The notes: a model not told the origin generated them from the letters alone. A stretch of DNA of 64,000 nt from Verrucomicrobiota bacterium (GCA_047947115.1 CP170459.1:4640001-4704000); one strand, 5' to 3'. Shown: positions 30,458-41,021, counted from the first letter of the stretch. Program-made: numbers and translations.

Positions 30458-32095
30458 ATGAAACGTTTATTATACTTGTTATTTATACTGTGTGTGACGA
30501 TTCCTGTCATTGCCGCGCAACCGGACCACACCCTCTCACTCTGGCCAGGCAAACCTCCCGGTGTCACAAGAGCCACCGGCCCGGAAGTCAAATTAAAGAA
30601 CCGCCCCCGCCCTTTCTACCAGCTCACCCAGATCGCGACCCCTTCCCTCGAAATCTACCTGCCAAAGGCAAAAACCGCCAACAGCACTGCCATCCTGATA
30701 TGTCCGGGTGGAGGCATGCAGCGACTTGCTTACGAACACGAGGGATTGGAGGTGGCTGAGTGGTTGAATGCACACGGCATCATCGCCGGAGTTCTGAAAT
30801 ACCGTGTCCCCGGCCCGGCAAAAAGCGGAGCCATCGACGCCCAACGGGCCATGAGCCTGCTGCGTCAACATGCACCAGAATGGGGTATCGACGTGAATGC
30901 GGTCGGATTCATAGGCTTTTCAGCAGGTGGCGAAATCGGCGCCTGGCTTGCCACCCACCACCACACCCGCCTGTACGACCAGGTGGACGCAACGGACAAT
31001 CACGCCTTTCATCCTGATTTTGTCGGCCTGATCTATTCAGGTGGTTTATTGAAATTTAGAACGACCGAATTGAAAGAAGAATTTGCCTCCCGCATCCATG
31101 CCGATATGTCGCCCGTTTTCATGGCGCATGCCTTTAACGACGGATGTCAGAACAGCATCGCGCTGGCAATGGCCCTGAAAGAGGCCGGAGTCCCGACGGA
31201 ATTCCATTTATTTCAGGAGGGTGGACATGGTTTTGGCGTGCGGTCCACGGGAGTGCCTGTTGAAGCCTGGAAAAAGCGGTTCGTTGAATGGCTGGTTTCG
31301 AATGGATACATGGCTCCAAAAGGGGTTCGAACTTTTGTTTCCCAACTATCCACGAATGTAAAGCTGCCAAACGCGACGCTTCCCTCTCTGGTTTCTCACC
31401 TGCCGAACGCCAATTGGGCGGATGCCTATCGAGCACAAACACGTTGGGTCAAAGGCCATCTGTTTCCAAACAACGTGGGTGGATTCAAAGGAGCAGCAGC
31501 ATCCGAGGCCGCACAACTGAGTTTAGGCCTTGACGGTCCACTGACAGGTGTCCTCCCCAAGGACGGTGCCATCAGAGGTTCCGGCAAGGTGACGCTGGAA
31601 TTAAACCAGACGGGTCCCATGGCGATTGAAACAGAAATCGGCTACCGCATCGCCGTCGATATTTCCTACGAAGTGCTCACCGATCAACAAGCCCGGGAAG
31701 CCGTTTCCGCCATCGTCCCCGTTGTGGAGCTCCCCATGCGCCGTTCGATAATGGAGTCAGGAGACCAGGCAATGAACATGGTGGCTTCCAACATTGGTTC
31801 ATTCAAATACATCGTGGGTGAAGATCTGGATCCTTCCATGGTGAATCCGGATACCTGGGAGCTGACGTTAACCAAAGGCAAAACAACCATGCACTCCGTA
31901 AAGGGCGAAACCGCAAAGGGAGGGCAGTATCACAACCTGCGCAAAATCATGAATCAACTCACCCAAAACGGCCACACACTACCCGCCGGTACGTTAATCA
32001 TCTCAGGTGCTCTGGGCGGAGTCCACCCTGCCGAACCCGGAGATTATCAGGCACACTTTGGTGAGAATCATGTGATTGCCTTTGGGATAAAGTAA
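30458..32095 (+). CDS. Alpha/beta hydrolase fused to a 2-keto-4-pentenoate hydratase/FAH-family domain
   Basis: ICPGGG, GFSAGG nucleophile elbow and GGHGFG; C-terminal GFK, IETEI, VELP and ISGALG. Confidence 0.8.
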   Translation: MKRLLYLLFILCVTIPVIAAQPDHTLSLWPGKPPGVTRATGPEVKLKNRPRPFYQLTQIATPSLEIYLPKAKTANSTAILICPGGGMQRLAYEHEGLEVAEWLNAHGIIAGVLKYRVPGPAKSGAIDAQRAMSLLRQHAPEWGIDVNAVGFIGFSAGGEIGAWLATHHHTRLYDQVDATDNHAFHPDFVGLIYSGGLLKFRTTELKEEFASRIHADMSPVFMAHAFNDGCQNSIALAMALKEAGVPTEFHLFQEGGHGFGVRSTGVPVEAWKKRFVEWLVSNGYMAPKGVRTFVSQLSTNVKLPNATLPSLVSHLPNANWADAYRAQTRWVKGHLFPNNVGGFKGAAASEAAQLSLGLDGPLTGVLPKDGAIRGSGKVTLELNQTGPMAIETEIGYRIAVDISYEVLTDQQAREAVSAIVPVVELPMRRSIMESGDQAMNMVASNIGSFKYIVGEDLDPSMVNPDTWELTLTKGKTTMHSVKGETAKGGQYHNLRKIMNQLTQNGHTLPAGTLIISGALGGVHPAEPGDYQAHFGENHVIAFGIK

Positions 32096-32197
32096 CGATG
32101 ATCATCCCTGCTTCGATATAGTAAAGTCATCGGAGAACATCTGCGTCATGCCGTTGATCGAGCAAGGCTGTCGGCAAGGATCAAACAACCTCACCGA

Positions 32198-34231
32198 CTA
32201 AGCACGATCCTCCCTGCCCTCACCGGTTTCCACCACGATGGCGGATAATTCAAGCACTTGACGATCCTTGACGTTCACCTGGTAACACCGCATCTGGCAC
32301 AGTCCACATCCGACACATTTATCGCCCAGAACAACCGGCGCCAACCATTCATCCATCCCTCCGTCCGCCCGTTCCGTGCGAACGCGCGTGAACTCGATGG
32401 CTTGATACCCGGCGGCACGGCACTCGTCCACACACAACTGACAAGCCTCGGCCCCGACATGAGGCAAACAGGCTCCAGAATCCACAATGGCCAATCCCAT
32501 TTTGGTGACTCGTTTCTCTTCCAGCGGGAGCGGCAGGATCGCCTCGGTCGGGCACACCTGCCCGCAGGCGTTGCAACTGGAATCACAACCCGCCCAGTCG
32601 AGTTCGGCATAGGGGGTCCATAATCCTTCCAATCCCTGCTCGAATGCCAAGGGTTGCAGCACATGATTCGGACATACTTTGAAACATTCTCCGCATCGGA
32701 TACAGATTTCCAGAAATCTGGACTCTTCCACACTACCGGGAGGACGGACGGGCTTTAAGGATTGTTGGTCATCCAAGCGAGCGCCAAACGATTTGGTCGC
32801 CCACCCAGCCGAAACTCCTCCGACAACGCCGGCTACCATTCCGATCCCGGTCGCCAGAAAACCTCGACGCCCCAATGCGGTTTCGTTGGCAGGAGGAACG
32901 TTGGCTAATTTCAACGCCATGCCGTCAAGGCGCGGAACAAATTGAATGGCTTCCGTCGGACACACGCCGCCGCATGTTTGACAGAGTGTGCAATCCGTCG
33001 TACGGGTGGTAAAATCAGGTTTGATCGCATCAAAAGGACAGGCGGTCACACATTTGTTGCAATGAATGCAATCAGGCGAAACCTTGCGCTCGTTCCATCG
33101 AAACACATTCGCCAATGAAAAAATGGCTCCACTGGGACAAACATAGCGACACCAGAACCGAGGTCGTAAAAATCCCAATCCCAGCACCAACAAGAAAAGA
33201 CCGATGGAAAACCAATGCCCAAGATGCATGGAAGGCACCTGATGCCACCCCAACATGAATCCTGTCTGCACCGGATCAAAGAGGTAAAGCATTCCTCGCG
33301 TCAGAACTGGAATGGCACTGACAAATCCGGATAGAAGCACACCGCACAACGCTGCTATCATCACACCGGTCAACAGGTAATACTTGAGATGCACCCACCA
33401 GCCGTTGTCGGGTATTTTCAGGTTGGAAAAACGGCTGGCGATGCCCCAGTCAAATAAATCAATCAAGGTTCCAAGAGGACACAGATACCCACAGAACCCC
33501 CTCGGAATCAGCACACAAATCGCCAGAATCAATCCGGCAAACAGCAAGGAGGAAACCCAGGATCGCGCGGCCAGAGCGGTGGACAACGCCACCAAGGGAT
33601 CCAAAACAAGAAAGGCTTCCGGAGCGATACGGGTTTTATGTTCCAGGGCCTGCGCATAATGATCAGGCCAGGTTCCGGGCAATTCTTCCGAAAGTGTCCA
33701 TGGACCAAAACTGATCATCATCCATTGAAGCACGGTAGCATCGGGGCGGCTCACGGGATTCAACACCAGAGTTCCGGTTTGGATCGTTTCGATTTGAAAC
33801 AATCCCAAGTACCCCGAATCCACATCCATGGCAGAAGCGTCCAGGACATGCCAGGCTTGCCCTTTCCGGAAACTTTCGGTGGAGAGGTCGGACACCAATG
33901 TGACCTTGCCGCTTTGTCCGTCCACTTCCTGAGGCACCCATCCCGGCACAAGCTGAGCCGGAGTTGCCCCATAGGGCCAGCAAACAGAAAAAAACAGCCA
34001 AAGAAACAAGAGAAAACACACGGTTTGAATGCCGCGTCGAACAGGTGCAGCCTCCCATGTCGCGCCCAATCGACGCAATAGACGTCTGGGTTTTCCCGCA
34101 GCACGGAATGTGGCACCCGATTTCAGCCCACCCGGCAACAGGGATCGCGACCAACGATACCACACCGGACTGACACCTGCCTTGCGCAGCCGCACGCCAT
34201 GCAAGCTCGGCAAATAATGATTCCACTTCAT
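32198..34231 (-). CDS. Membrane polyferredoxin (NapH/MauN-like fused to MauM/NapG-like)
   Basis: RGFCGYLCPLG and RFWCRYVCPSG; multiple CxxCxxCxxxCP; RRGFL and RPPGS..E..F...CIRCGEC. Confidence 0.88.
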   Translation of the reverse strand: MKWNHYLPSLHGVRLRKAGVSPVWYRWSRSLLPGGLKSGATFRAAGKPRRLLRRLGATWEAAPVRRGIQTVCFLLFLWLFFSVCWPYGATPAQLVPGWVPQEVDGQSGKVTLVSDLSTESFRKGQAWHVLDASAMDVDSGYLGLFQIETIQTGTLVLNPVSRPDATVLQWMMISFGPWTLSEELPGTWPDHYAQALEHKTRIAPEAFLVLDPLVALSTALAARSWVSSLLFAGLILAICVLIPRGFCGYLCPLGTLIDLFDWGIASRFSNLKIPDNGWWVHLKYYLLTGVMIAALCGVLLSGFVSAIPVLTRGMLYLFDPVQTGFMLGWHQVPSMHLGHWFSIGLFLLVLGLGFLRPRFWCRYVCPSGAIFSLANVFRWNERKVSPDCIHCNKCVTACPFDAIKPDFTTRTTDCTLCQTCGGVCPTEAIQFVPRLDGMALKLANVPPANETALGRRGFLATGIGMVAGVVGGVSAGWATKSFGARLDDQQSLKPVRPPGSVEESRFLEICIRCGECFKVCPNHVLQPLAFEQGLEGLWTPYAELDWAGCDSSCNACGQVCPTEAILPLPLEEKRVTKMGLAIVDSGACLPHVGAEACQLCVDECRAAGYQAIEFTRVRTERADGGMDEWLAPVVLGDKCVGCGLCQMRCYQVNVKDRQVLELSAIVVETGEGREDRA

Positions 34232-34237
34232 GCAGGC

Positions 34238-35542
34238 TTAAGGTTCCATGCCTTGGGAAAGCGCCCTTGCAGTGGCTCGAATCACGGCCTCCGAAGTTAC
34301 GGTCGCACCACTCACCGCATCCACCCCCTTGACCGATTGCCTGCTCATGATGCGTTGAAGGGTTTCTTCGACGGCATGGTAATACTGCCGGTCACTCATC
34401 GAAGTGACTTTGACCGATTCGATGGAACCAGCCTTGGCTTGTGCTTCCACGTTCACAAAGCCTGAATACCCATAACTCCGGTCCCGATACACACCTTCTT
34501 TGACCTTTGCCAAATCCAGTCGATCAAACAACCGGATGACTTCCATCGTGTCTTTGGCTCGACGGTGATTGCGTTCGATTCCTGGTTTGTGGGGGCTTTT
34601 GATCTCGACCTCCAAGGCCAGTTGATAAAACCGCGTCGCTTCTTCATATCTCCCCACATTTCGACAGGCATCACCGCTCAGCAAATGGATCTCGGATGCT
34701 TCGAACCCTTGATTCATGGCTTCTTTCGCGAGCGACAATGCACGGTCGGTTTCCCTCAAACCTCCCCAAGCCTTGATCACCGCGGGTGTCAATGGGATAT
34801 CGTTCAGCAAAACCATGGCCATATCCCTGTTACCAAGCTGGGCATAACACTCCGCCAGACGCGCAGGACTGTCCGTACTACGAAATCGCTCGTTCGTGGC
34901 GACTTTTGCCGACTCCCACCAAAAAGCCGCGCGGGCGTAATCCTGGAAGAATTCAAAAAACATGCGTCCCAGTTCTTCCCTCGCCTTGACATGCGCAATC
35001 TCCGGCAAATCCGAACGTTCCAACAAATAGGCCATGAGCTTCACACCCTGGCGGTATCTGGAAGCGTTGGTGTCGATGATGTCCCAAAGGTAATGATCAA
35101 TGTGCCGTTGATAGTTCCAAATGGGGGTGTCTGTATCCGGCCACGTTAAATCCAATGTGTCCGGATAGTCGAGCGGCGTGGATTCAAACCAATCAGGCAT
35201 GGCCGCTCCGCTTTCCCGAATCAATTCACGTAAGGCTTCTTCCGTTCGTTGCAGCGCATTGCCGTTTTCCGCCTTTTGTGTGTTGTCGCTTTGTTCAATG
35301 GATTCGATCTGTGCCCGCGGAATTTTTCGAACCAATGTGCGTGTGCCGGATTTCAATTCAATCGTTACGCTTTCATCATTTCGCTTGGTGATGTCCCCGT
35401 TCAGGATCAACCCGCTTTTCAACTTGATGGCATCTCCTCCCACGGAAACAACGGAAAACGCCATCCAAAGCGCCCCAAATACAAAATACTGTATGAATCG
35501 ATTCATGATCATGACATTGATTTCCCAAATCGCTTGACTCAA
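34238..35542 (-). CDS. Secreted TPR protein with C-terminal FMN-binding (flavinylation) domain
   Basis: Signal peptide; TPR-like helices; YRDRSYGYSG and VDAVSGATVTS. Confidence 0.85.
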   Translation of the reverse strand: MSQAIWEINVMIMNRFIQYFVFGALWMAFSVVSVGGDAIKLKSGLILNGDITKRNDESVTIELKSGTRTLVRKIPRAQIESIEQSDNTQKAENGNALQRTEEALRELIRESGAAMPDWFESTPLDYPDTLDLTWPDTDTPIWNYQRHIDHYLWDIIDTNASRYRQGVKLMAYLLERSDLPEIAHVKAREELGRMFFEFFQDYARAAFWWESAKVATNERFRSTDSPARLAECYAQLGNRDMAMVLLNDIPLTPAVIKAWGGLRETDRALSLAKEAMNQGFEASEIHLLSGDACRNVGRYEEATRFYQLALEVEIKSPHKPGIERNHRRAKDTMEVIRLFDRLDLAKVKEGVYRDRSYGYSGFVNVEAQAKAGSIESVKVTSMSDRQYYHAVEETLQRIMSRQSVKGVDAVSGATVTSEAVIRATARALSQGMEP

Positions 35543-37020
35543 TCCCCGAATCTCAAAGCATACAATTCCGCATCCTTCATGCGAACTCGCAGTCGAATCG
35601 GCTGGGAACGATCCAATTCAATCACTTCTCCTTTGGCCCAACGATAAACCCGCTCTATTTCATTGCCGATCAATTCCGTCGCGTCATGCAGCGTGTATCC
35701 GGCGATGGGAACACCATTCGCATGCTCCAGTTCAACCTTGATGTAACCGGCGGCAGAGGTCGAAAAATTAAAATAAAGCCGATCACCATTCCACTGCAAA
35801 GGATGCGAAACCCATTCCCCCTCTTCATACCCTGCGGACAAACAGGACAAACCATCGAGCCGAAAACCGTAACGATGCATATGAGCGCTGGGCTGTCCAT
35901 AATCCTGATTCACAAAGAGGGACATCGAGGCGCCGCCGGTTTGCGCCAACCCAAGAGCAGGATAATTGGATCGGGAAACCCAGTTCTTTGCCCCGATGCC
36001 TGGACGGATCAATGCGGACAAGAATGTGCGGTCATATTCCAGACCACCTCTGGAGGACATCAACACGGAATCCGAGGTGTCATTGAAATACTTTGGATGC
36101 ACCTGAATCGCCTCTGCCTGTTCATCGGTGAGCACTTTACGCCCGGGCAAAAACCTTGCGGCTGTCGCCAGATAAATATGCGGCGCGCGAAAATAGGGTT
36201 GCGTCTGATTGGTGTAAAGATGGTGGCTGGGTTGCGTCGTCCGGGTGTCACTGTAGATCATCTGACCTTCTGTTTCCCAATGAGTGAAATTGCTGGACGT
36301 CGCACGAGCGATGGATCGGACCCCATTCACGGCGGAACGATAATAGAGCACGTATTTTGATTCGGCTTCCGACCAAAAGGGCACATTTTGAGAATCCAGC
36401 ACCCACCCCTCCGGTTTGAAGACCGGGGCATCCATGAGTTTCGTCCAACGAATGCCGTCTTCTGAAACAAAGGCCAACAATCCGCTGGAGGAAATCCCCG
36501 CCAAAGCTTTGTATCGCTGCCTGGAATGCGCATCGGGATGGGTGTCAATGAAGGGACAAAAGTTATGACTGGCCGGCGCTTCTCCTGTGAGGATAATGTT
36601 GTTCAATGGATGGTCCGGAAGTGGAAACAGATCCAGATCCGGTTTGATCCAGTGGACACCATCTTTGGATTCCGCATAACAAGTCACTTCCAACGAACTG
36701 CCATCACGTCCGGCATCCGGCAGCCCCCGGTAGTACATCCGGAGCAATCCCTGATCCTGAAGCACCGTGGCATATCCGCTGAAAGCGCCCTCCCAGGGCC
36801 GGTCGAACGCAAAGACCTCTCCCTCATCCACCGGATCTTTAGCTACCAGCCGCACTCCGTCCATCGATGCGATCAAGTGTCGATCCACAAAAATTTCGCG
36901 TTTGCCGGCAATGTTGTAAAGACCCTGAGCATGCAGGCACTGAAAGCCGATCAGGACAACCAGACAGAAAAAGTATCGATGCATCATCTTGTTCATTCGA
37001 TCAATGGATAATGGGTGCAC
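35539..37020 (-). CDS. Secreted beta-propeller glycoside-hydrolase-like hypothetical protein
   Basis: Asp-box-like SKDGVHW and SEDGIRW; REIFVD, RLDG and NFSTSAAG; C-terminal ELYALRF. Confidence 0.7.
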   Translation of the reverse strand: MHPLSIDRMNKMMHRYFFCLVVLIGFQCLHAQGLYNIAGKREIFVDRHLIASMDGVRLVAKDPVDEGEVFAFDRPWEGAFSGYATVLQDQGLLRMYYRGLPDAGRDGSSLEVTCYAESKDGVHWIKPDLDLFPLPDHPLNNIILTGEAPASHNFCPFIDTHPDAHSRQRYKALAGISSSGLLAFVSEDGIRWTKLMDAPVFKPEGWVLDSQNVPFWSEAESKYVLYYRSAVNGVRSIARATSSNFTHWETEGQMIYSDTRTTQPSHHLYTNQTQPYFRAPHIYLATAARFLPGRKVLTDEQAEAIQVHPKYFNDTSDSVLMSSRGGLEYDRTFLSALIRPGIGAKNWVSRSNYPALGLAQTGGASMSLFVNQDYGQPSAHMHRYGFRLDGLSCLSAGYEEGEWVSHPLQWNGDRLYFNFSTSAAGYIKVELEHANGVPIAGYTLHDATELIGNEIERVYRWAKGEVIELDRSQPIRLRVRMKDAELYALRFGD

Positions 37021-37027
37021 TTGAATC

Positions 37028-37824
37028 CTACTCTGGCATCCCGGCCATCCAGGCGGGCCATTCCGGACGTTTGTTGTTCACATCAAATTCGCGATGCCAT
37101 TTGAGTCCCCACAATCCTTTCAACCGAACCGAACGTGCGGAACCATCCATGAAAACACTGTTCAAAAACCCGCTGTGCCGGTTCATCGCGAAACGGGCCA
37201 TTCCGTTTTCATGAGCATCTTCCTGACTTGGAGGTCGATGTTGGGCCCCCTGATCATCCGGGTGCCCGCCCCATCGCCAGCCGGCGAGAAAGAGCGGAAT
37301 GTTGGGCATTGAGTGACCCGTGATTGTATGCTTGCGCCAGTTGGGCCCCACCTCATGCCCCCATAAACTGTTCATTCCGGCCGGGATATTGTAAACCCAG
37401 TTATTGATGGCATAGCTGCTTCGAAACACCTCCTGAACATCCGTGTGCTCATTCACCACATCCCACGCCGACAAAGCTCCCCGCGCCCCTTCTTCTTCAC
37501 TTTTAAACGCCCGCGGGCATACACGGATCTTTTCCCCCCTCCCAGATAATAGGGACGCAAAGGCTCCACCCAAACCCCGGCATCGGGGTTCATGAAGTAA
37601 TCTTCATTGTCCATGGTGTAGAGGCTGAAATAAATACCCCACTGCTTCAGGTTGGAAATGCAGTGAATCGTCTTGGCCTTCATTTTTGCCTTGGACAATG
37701 CAGGCAACAACATCCCCGCCAGAATGGCAATGATCGCAATCACAACGAGCAACTCGATCAACGTAAACGCGTTGACCCGTCTGTAAGACGAACCTGACAA
37801 ACTGGCATTTGAAGGTGACGGCAT
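37028..37824 (-). pseudogene. Prepilin-type N-terminal cleavage / H-X9-DG domain protein, split by a 1-nt frameshift
   Basis: [25 protein letters not shown] in one frame; SSYAIN and RH...NSVFMDGS in another. Adding one base to the C6 run at 37534-37539 joins them ([13 protein letters not shown]). Confidence 0.85.
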
Positions 37825-37880
37825 ACACGAACTTTACACGCCACCCGCAGCATTGACAACAGGTGAGTGAAAGCTTGCTA

Positions 37881-39791
37881 TCAAAGCAGCGCTCGGCGTT
37901 TATTGATCAACAAATTCACATCGATTTCCGCCCAATCCATAAAGGCTCCCAGTTTCAACAGCACCGCCTTCTCTTCATCGGACACCACACCATCCGCGAG
38001 GGCAATGTCTGTAATGGCTTCGAGCCATTGTTTACCAATGGAATGATCCGGGGGTTGTAACGTTTCTCCGTGACGTTTGGTCACAGCTTCAATCAGTCCC
38101 TTGGCATGACCTTCATCCAGTCCCAATTTGGAACATAGTTTCAAGATCGCTTCCTGTTCCTCTGATTTTAACAGTCCATCGGCTGCAACGATCTGAATCA
38201 CCCATTCCGTAAGATCCATGGATGACTTGACCGATTGAATTTGGCTTTCGATCTCTTCCAATGATTGACGCCAATCAAAGGCTGTTTTGGATGGGAGAGA
38301 GCAAGCATGCATCAAAATCCAATCGTGGGAGCCATCATTCAATACAGCGCCACAATACTCACACGCATGCGAAGTCACATCAGATTCTGCAGCTCCACAA
38401 CCCGGGCAATGCGCTGATTGAATGGCAGTGACAAGGTTCGTTTGAACGCCTTTCTGACGCGTCAAGACAAACAAACTTTGCTTACGACTCCAATCACGTT
38501 TGACAACCTTACCTTTTTCCTGAATCAAAATCCAATAACCCGCCCATTTGACCTGAACCAGGGCATAGTCGGCATCTTCCCGCTGAAGTACCCCGAGGCA
38601 ATCAACACTGCCCACCGCACAATCTCCATAGTAACTTCTCTTGCCATCCTTTTCCTGATCTTTGAAGCGCTTTCGATCATTTGCACAGTAAGACTCTGAA
38701 GCCATTTTCAGCAGAGGATTGATGGATGCCACACGATCGGAATGCATCTTGCGCCAGAAGATGACCGAGGTCCGATCCTCAATGTGTTGCAGGTTGAAAC
38801 CGGGATCGAGCGTTTGATACTTTTCAACCGAAGCCGGCAACAATCCTTCCACAGGAGTCCATTCGCAAGACTGGGTAATCTCGGCCAACACCCAATCATA
38901 TTCACCGCTCTTCAAGTGGGCACGACACGATGGACAGTCGCTGCTCTGATTCATGCTTACCTGAGTGTGGCAATTCGGACATTTCCCTTCGATCAAACCT
39001 GCTTGATCAGCTTGAGTTCTGGTGCCCACGCGCCGAATAAAACTCCAGTATTCGGTAAATCTCTGTTTGGATCGCGAACCTGAAAGGTATTTTCCAGAAT
39101 CCTTATCAACTCGATAATCCACGGCTGAAGCATTCACATGGACCGTAATGGTTTCAAAAAAAGCGCCGCGATGGAAATCTGCCAAGGCCGCATCATGGAT
39201 ATCAATTTTATCCATAAAGTTCCGATATCCCAGGTCGATCTGTTCTTTGATCTGAAGACTGAACCGCTCATAGATTCCATCCGACACAAAATGGCGCACA
39301 GGGCTCATGTCCTGATGTTGCCAGGCATCCTGGATAGCGAGGAAAGCCACGTTGAATCGTTCGATAAACAAATGGGCATGAAAATGCTCATCCTCCAATT
39401 GCAATTTGGATTCCAGAGCCTGGTGTCGATTCTGATCAATGAGATAAAACCAAGTTTCGCCTACCTCTATGTGAAGCAAATTCCCCTTTTGCATTTTCTC
39501 CCGAATGGCCAGAGTTCCATACAGGATGATAAAGCCCCCCATGTAACTGACAAAAATGATTCTTTCGAAGGGAGACATTTCACTCCATTGTTTCCCGCTC
39601 CCACCGGAAGAACCCCCAAAGCTGCCACCCCCGCTAAAACCGCCTCCTCCGCCACCGCCACCGCTATACCCCCCGCCTCCACCAGCACGTCCAAAGGCGT
39701 CGAAGTCCATGCAAAACAGGCTAACAAAAAGAAGCAGCAGCCCAGCCAGCCGTTTGACGGATTGTTTGGAATGATTTGAAAGAGCCTTCAT
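37881..39791 (-). CDS. Tim44-like domain membrane protein with zinc ribbons and C-terminal TerB-like domain
   Basis: Gly-rich RAGGGG leader; FTEYWSFIR; CPNC/CPSC and CPGC/CEYC; AADG...EE and ALADGVVSDEEK. Confidence 0.78.
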   Translation of the reverse strand: MKALSNHSKQSVKRLAGLLLLFVSLFCMDFDAFGRAGGGGGYSGGGGGGGGFSGGGSFGGSSGGSGKQWSEMSPFERIIFVSYMGGFIILYGTLAIREKMQKGNLLHIEVGETWFYLIDQNRHQALESKLQLEDEHFHAHLFIERFNVAFLAIQDAWQHQDMSPVRHFVSDGIYERFSLQIKEQIDLGYRNFMDKIDIHDAALADFHRGAFFETITVHVNASAVDYRVDKDSGKYLSGSRSKQRFTEYWSFIRRVGTRTQADQAGLIEGKCPNCHTQVSMNQSSDCPSCRAHLKSGEYDWVLAEITQSCEWTPVEGLLPASVEKYQTLDPGFNLQHIEDRTSVIFWRKMHSDRVASINPLLKMASESYCANDRKRFKDQEKDGKRSYYGDCAVGSVDCLGVLQREDADYALVQVKWAGYWILIQEKGKVVKRDWSRKQSLFVLTRQKGVQTNLVTAIQSAHCPGCGAAESDVTSHACEYCGAVLNDGSHDWILMHACSLPSKTAFDWRQSLEEIESQIQSVKSSMDLTEWVIQIVAADGLLKSEEQEAILKLCSKLGLDEGHAKGLIEAVTKRHGETLQPPDHSIGKQWLEAITDIALADGVVSDEEKAVLLKLGAFMDWAEIDVNLLINKRRALL

Positions 39792-40663
39792 CTTTGAATC
39801 AGCGCAGCCAACATAAGAGCGACCGCAATCACCCCGCCCCCGTGCAAGCAGCTCAGTGCAACATTTTTACGCATTTCAATTTCGATCCGAACATCCAATC
39901 CCCCGCTTAGATAGCGTCCGATGAGATAGTAAGCCATAAACAAAACCAACAACCCCAGATCAGCAAGCAGCAGACTCAGCCCCCATTCGTGGAGCATCGA
40001 TTGTCCCCCGGCGCCAACCACACCCGCTCGAACCACGATCCCGATCGCGAGCAACAAACAACCGAAATCCACACCAACCGCCACGTTGTCGTCATACTCA
40101 ATGAGTTTGTGAACATCATATGTTTTCCACTTGCGAAAAACAAAAGCGGCCAGACAGAGCATGACCTGGCCAAGCAACCAGAAAGCCATCACATCCACTA
40201 TCTCGCGAACAAAACTTGGGCTGTAACCAATAAAGGAACCGTTAAGAATGCAACCGGTGGCCAGCGTGGAACCCGCAACACAGAACGCCACCCCAAGATT
40301 GCGGTCCTGATGAATCTCCTTACCGATTTTGAATCCATACAAAATAAACCGGTCATTGATCAGAATACTGCACCACAACAAAATCATGGATAAGAACCCT
40401 TCCATGCAGGCTTTCGTTAGTGAACGTGAAGACAAATGATCGGAATGCATCGCAAAAGAACCCGCCACAGCCAAACCTAAAGCCACCAGAAAGGATCCCA
40501 GGAAGACGACATAAGCGGGATTTCGAAAAGGATCCGCACTGTGTTTTACTGTCGAAGCAAAAGAACGATGGAACGCTTGTTTAGCGCCCACGATCAACAC
40601 AATGCCCAAGACAAAAAGAGGCAATCTCGAACTTAATTCCAATATCCAATCCAATATCATCAT
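39788..40663 (-). CDS. DUF350-family membrane protein
   Basis: Repeated TM pairs ending EIHQDRNLGVA, LIEYDDNVAVG and EIEMRKNVA; ATGA overlap with the next gene. Confidence 0.78.
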   Translation of the reverse strand: MMILDWILELSSRLPLFVLGIVLIVGAKQAFHRSFASTVKHSADPFRNPAYVVFLGSFLVALGLAVAGSFAMHSDHLSSRSLTKACMEGFLSMILLWCSILINDRFILYGFKIGKEIHQDRNLGVAFCVAGSTLATGCILNGSFIGYSPSFVREIVDVMAFWLLGQVMLCLAAFVFRKWKTYDVHKLIEYDDNVAVGVDFGCLLLAIGIVVRAGVVGAGGQSMLHEWGLSLLLADLGLLVLFMAYYLIGRYLSGGLDVRIEIEMRKNVALSCLHGGGVIAVALMLAALIQR

Positions 40664-40777
40664 GGCGGTCAGTGAATCACTCCTCGAAACAAAACAAGAA
40701 GGAAAACACAACAAACCCTGACAAAACACCCCCCAACCAACAATGAAAAAAAAGCCCCAACTTTATAAAAACCCCAG

Positions 40778-40912
40778 GTAGCCGCATTCGCCAGAATGTG
40801 GACCCAAGTAGCCGCATTCGCCAGAATGTGGACCCAAGTAGCCGCATTCGCCAGAATGTGGCCACACTTTGGCAAGCGCGGCTACAGGTAGCTCTGGGCG
40901 TCCCGCCCGGAA
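40778..40912 (+). repeat. REP cluster: three 30-bp tandem GTAG units, one inverted copy and one GTAG-CGTCCCG-type unit
   Basis: GTAGCCGCATTC-GCCA-GAATGTGG at 40778, 40808 and 40838; inverted variant at 40862-40885; GTAGCTCTGGGCGTCCCGCCCGGAA at 40888. Confidence 0.88.
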
Positions 40913-41021
40913 CCCTCACAACGTCCGAACACAACAAAACCATAAAAAGGAAAACCCCAGACCAAAAAAGAACAACTTGACCACGCCCAACCAACCAGCG
41001 TAAATACCCCCCATCACAGAA

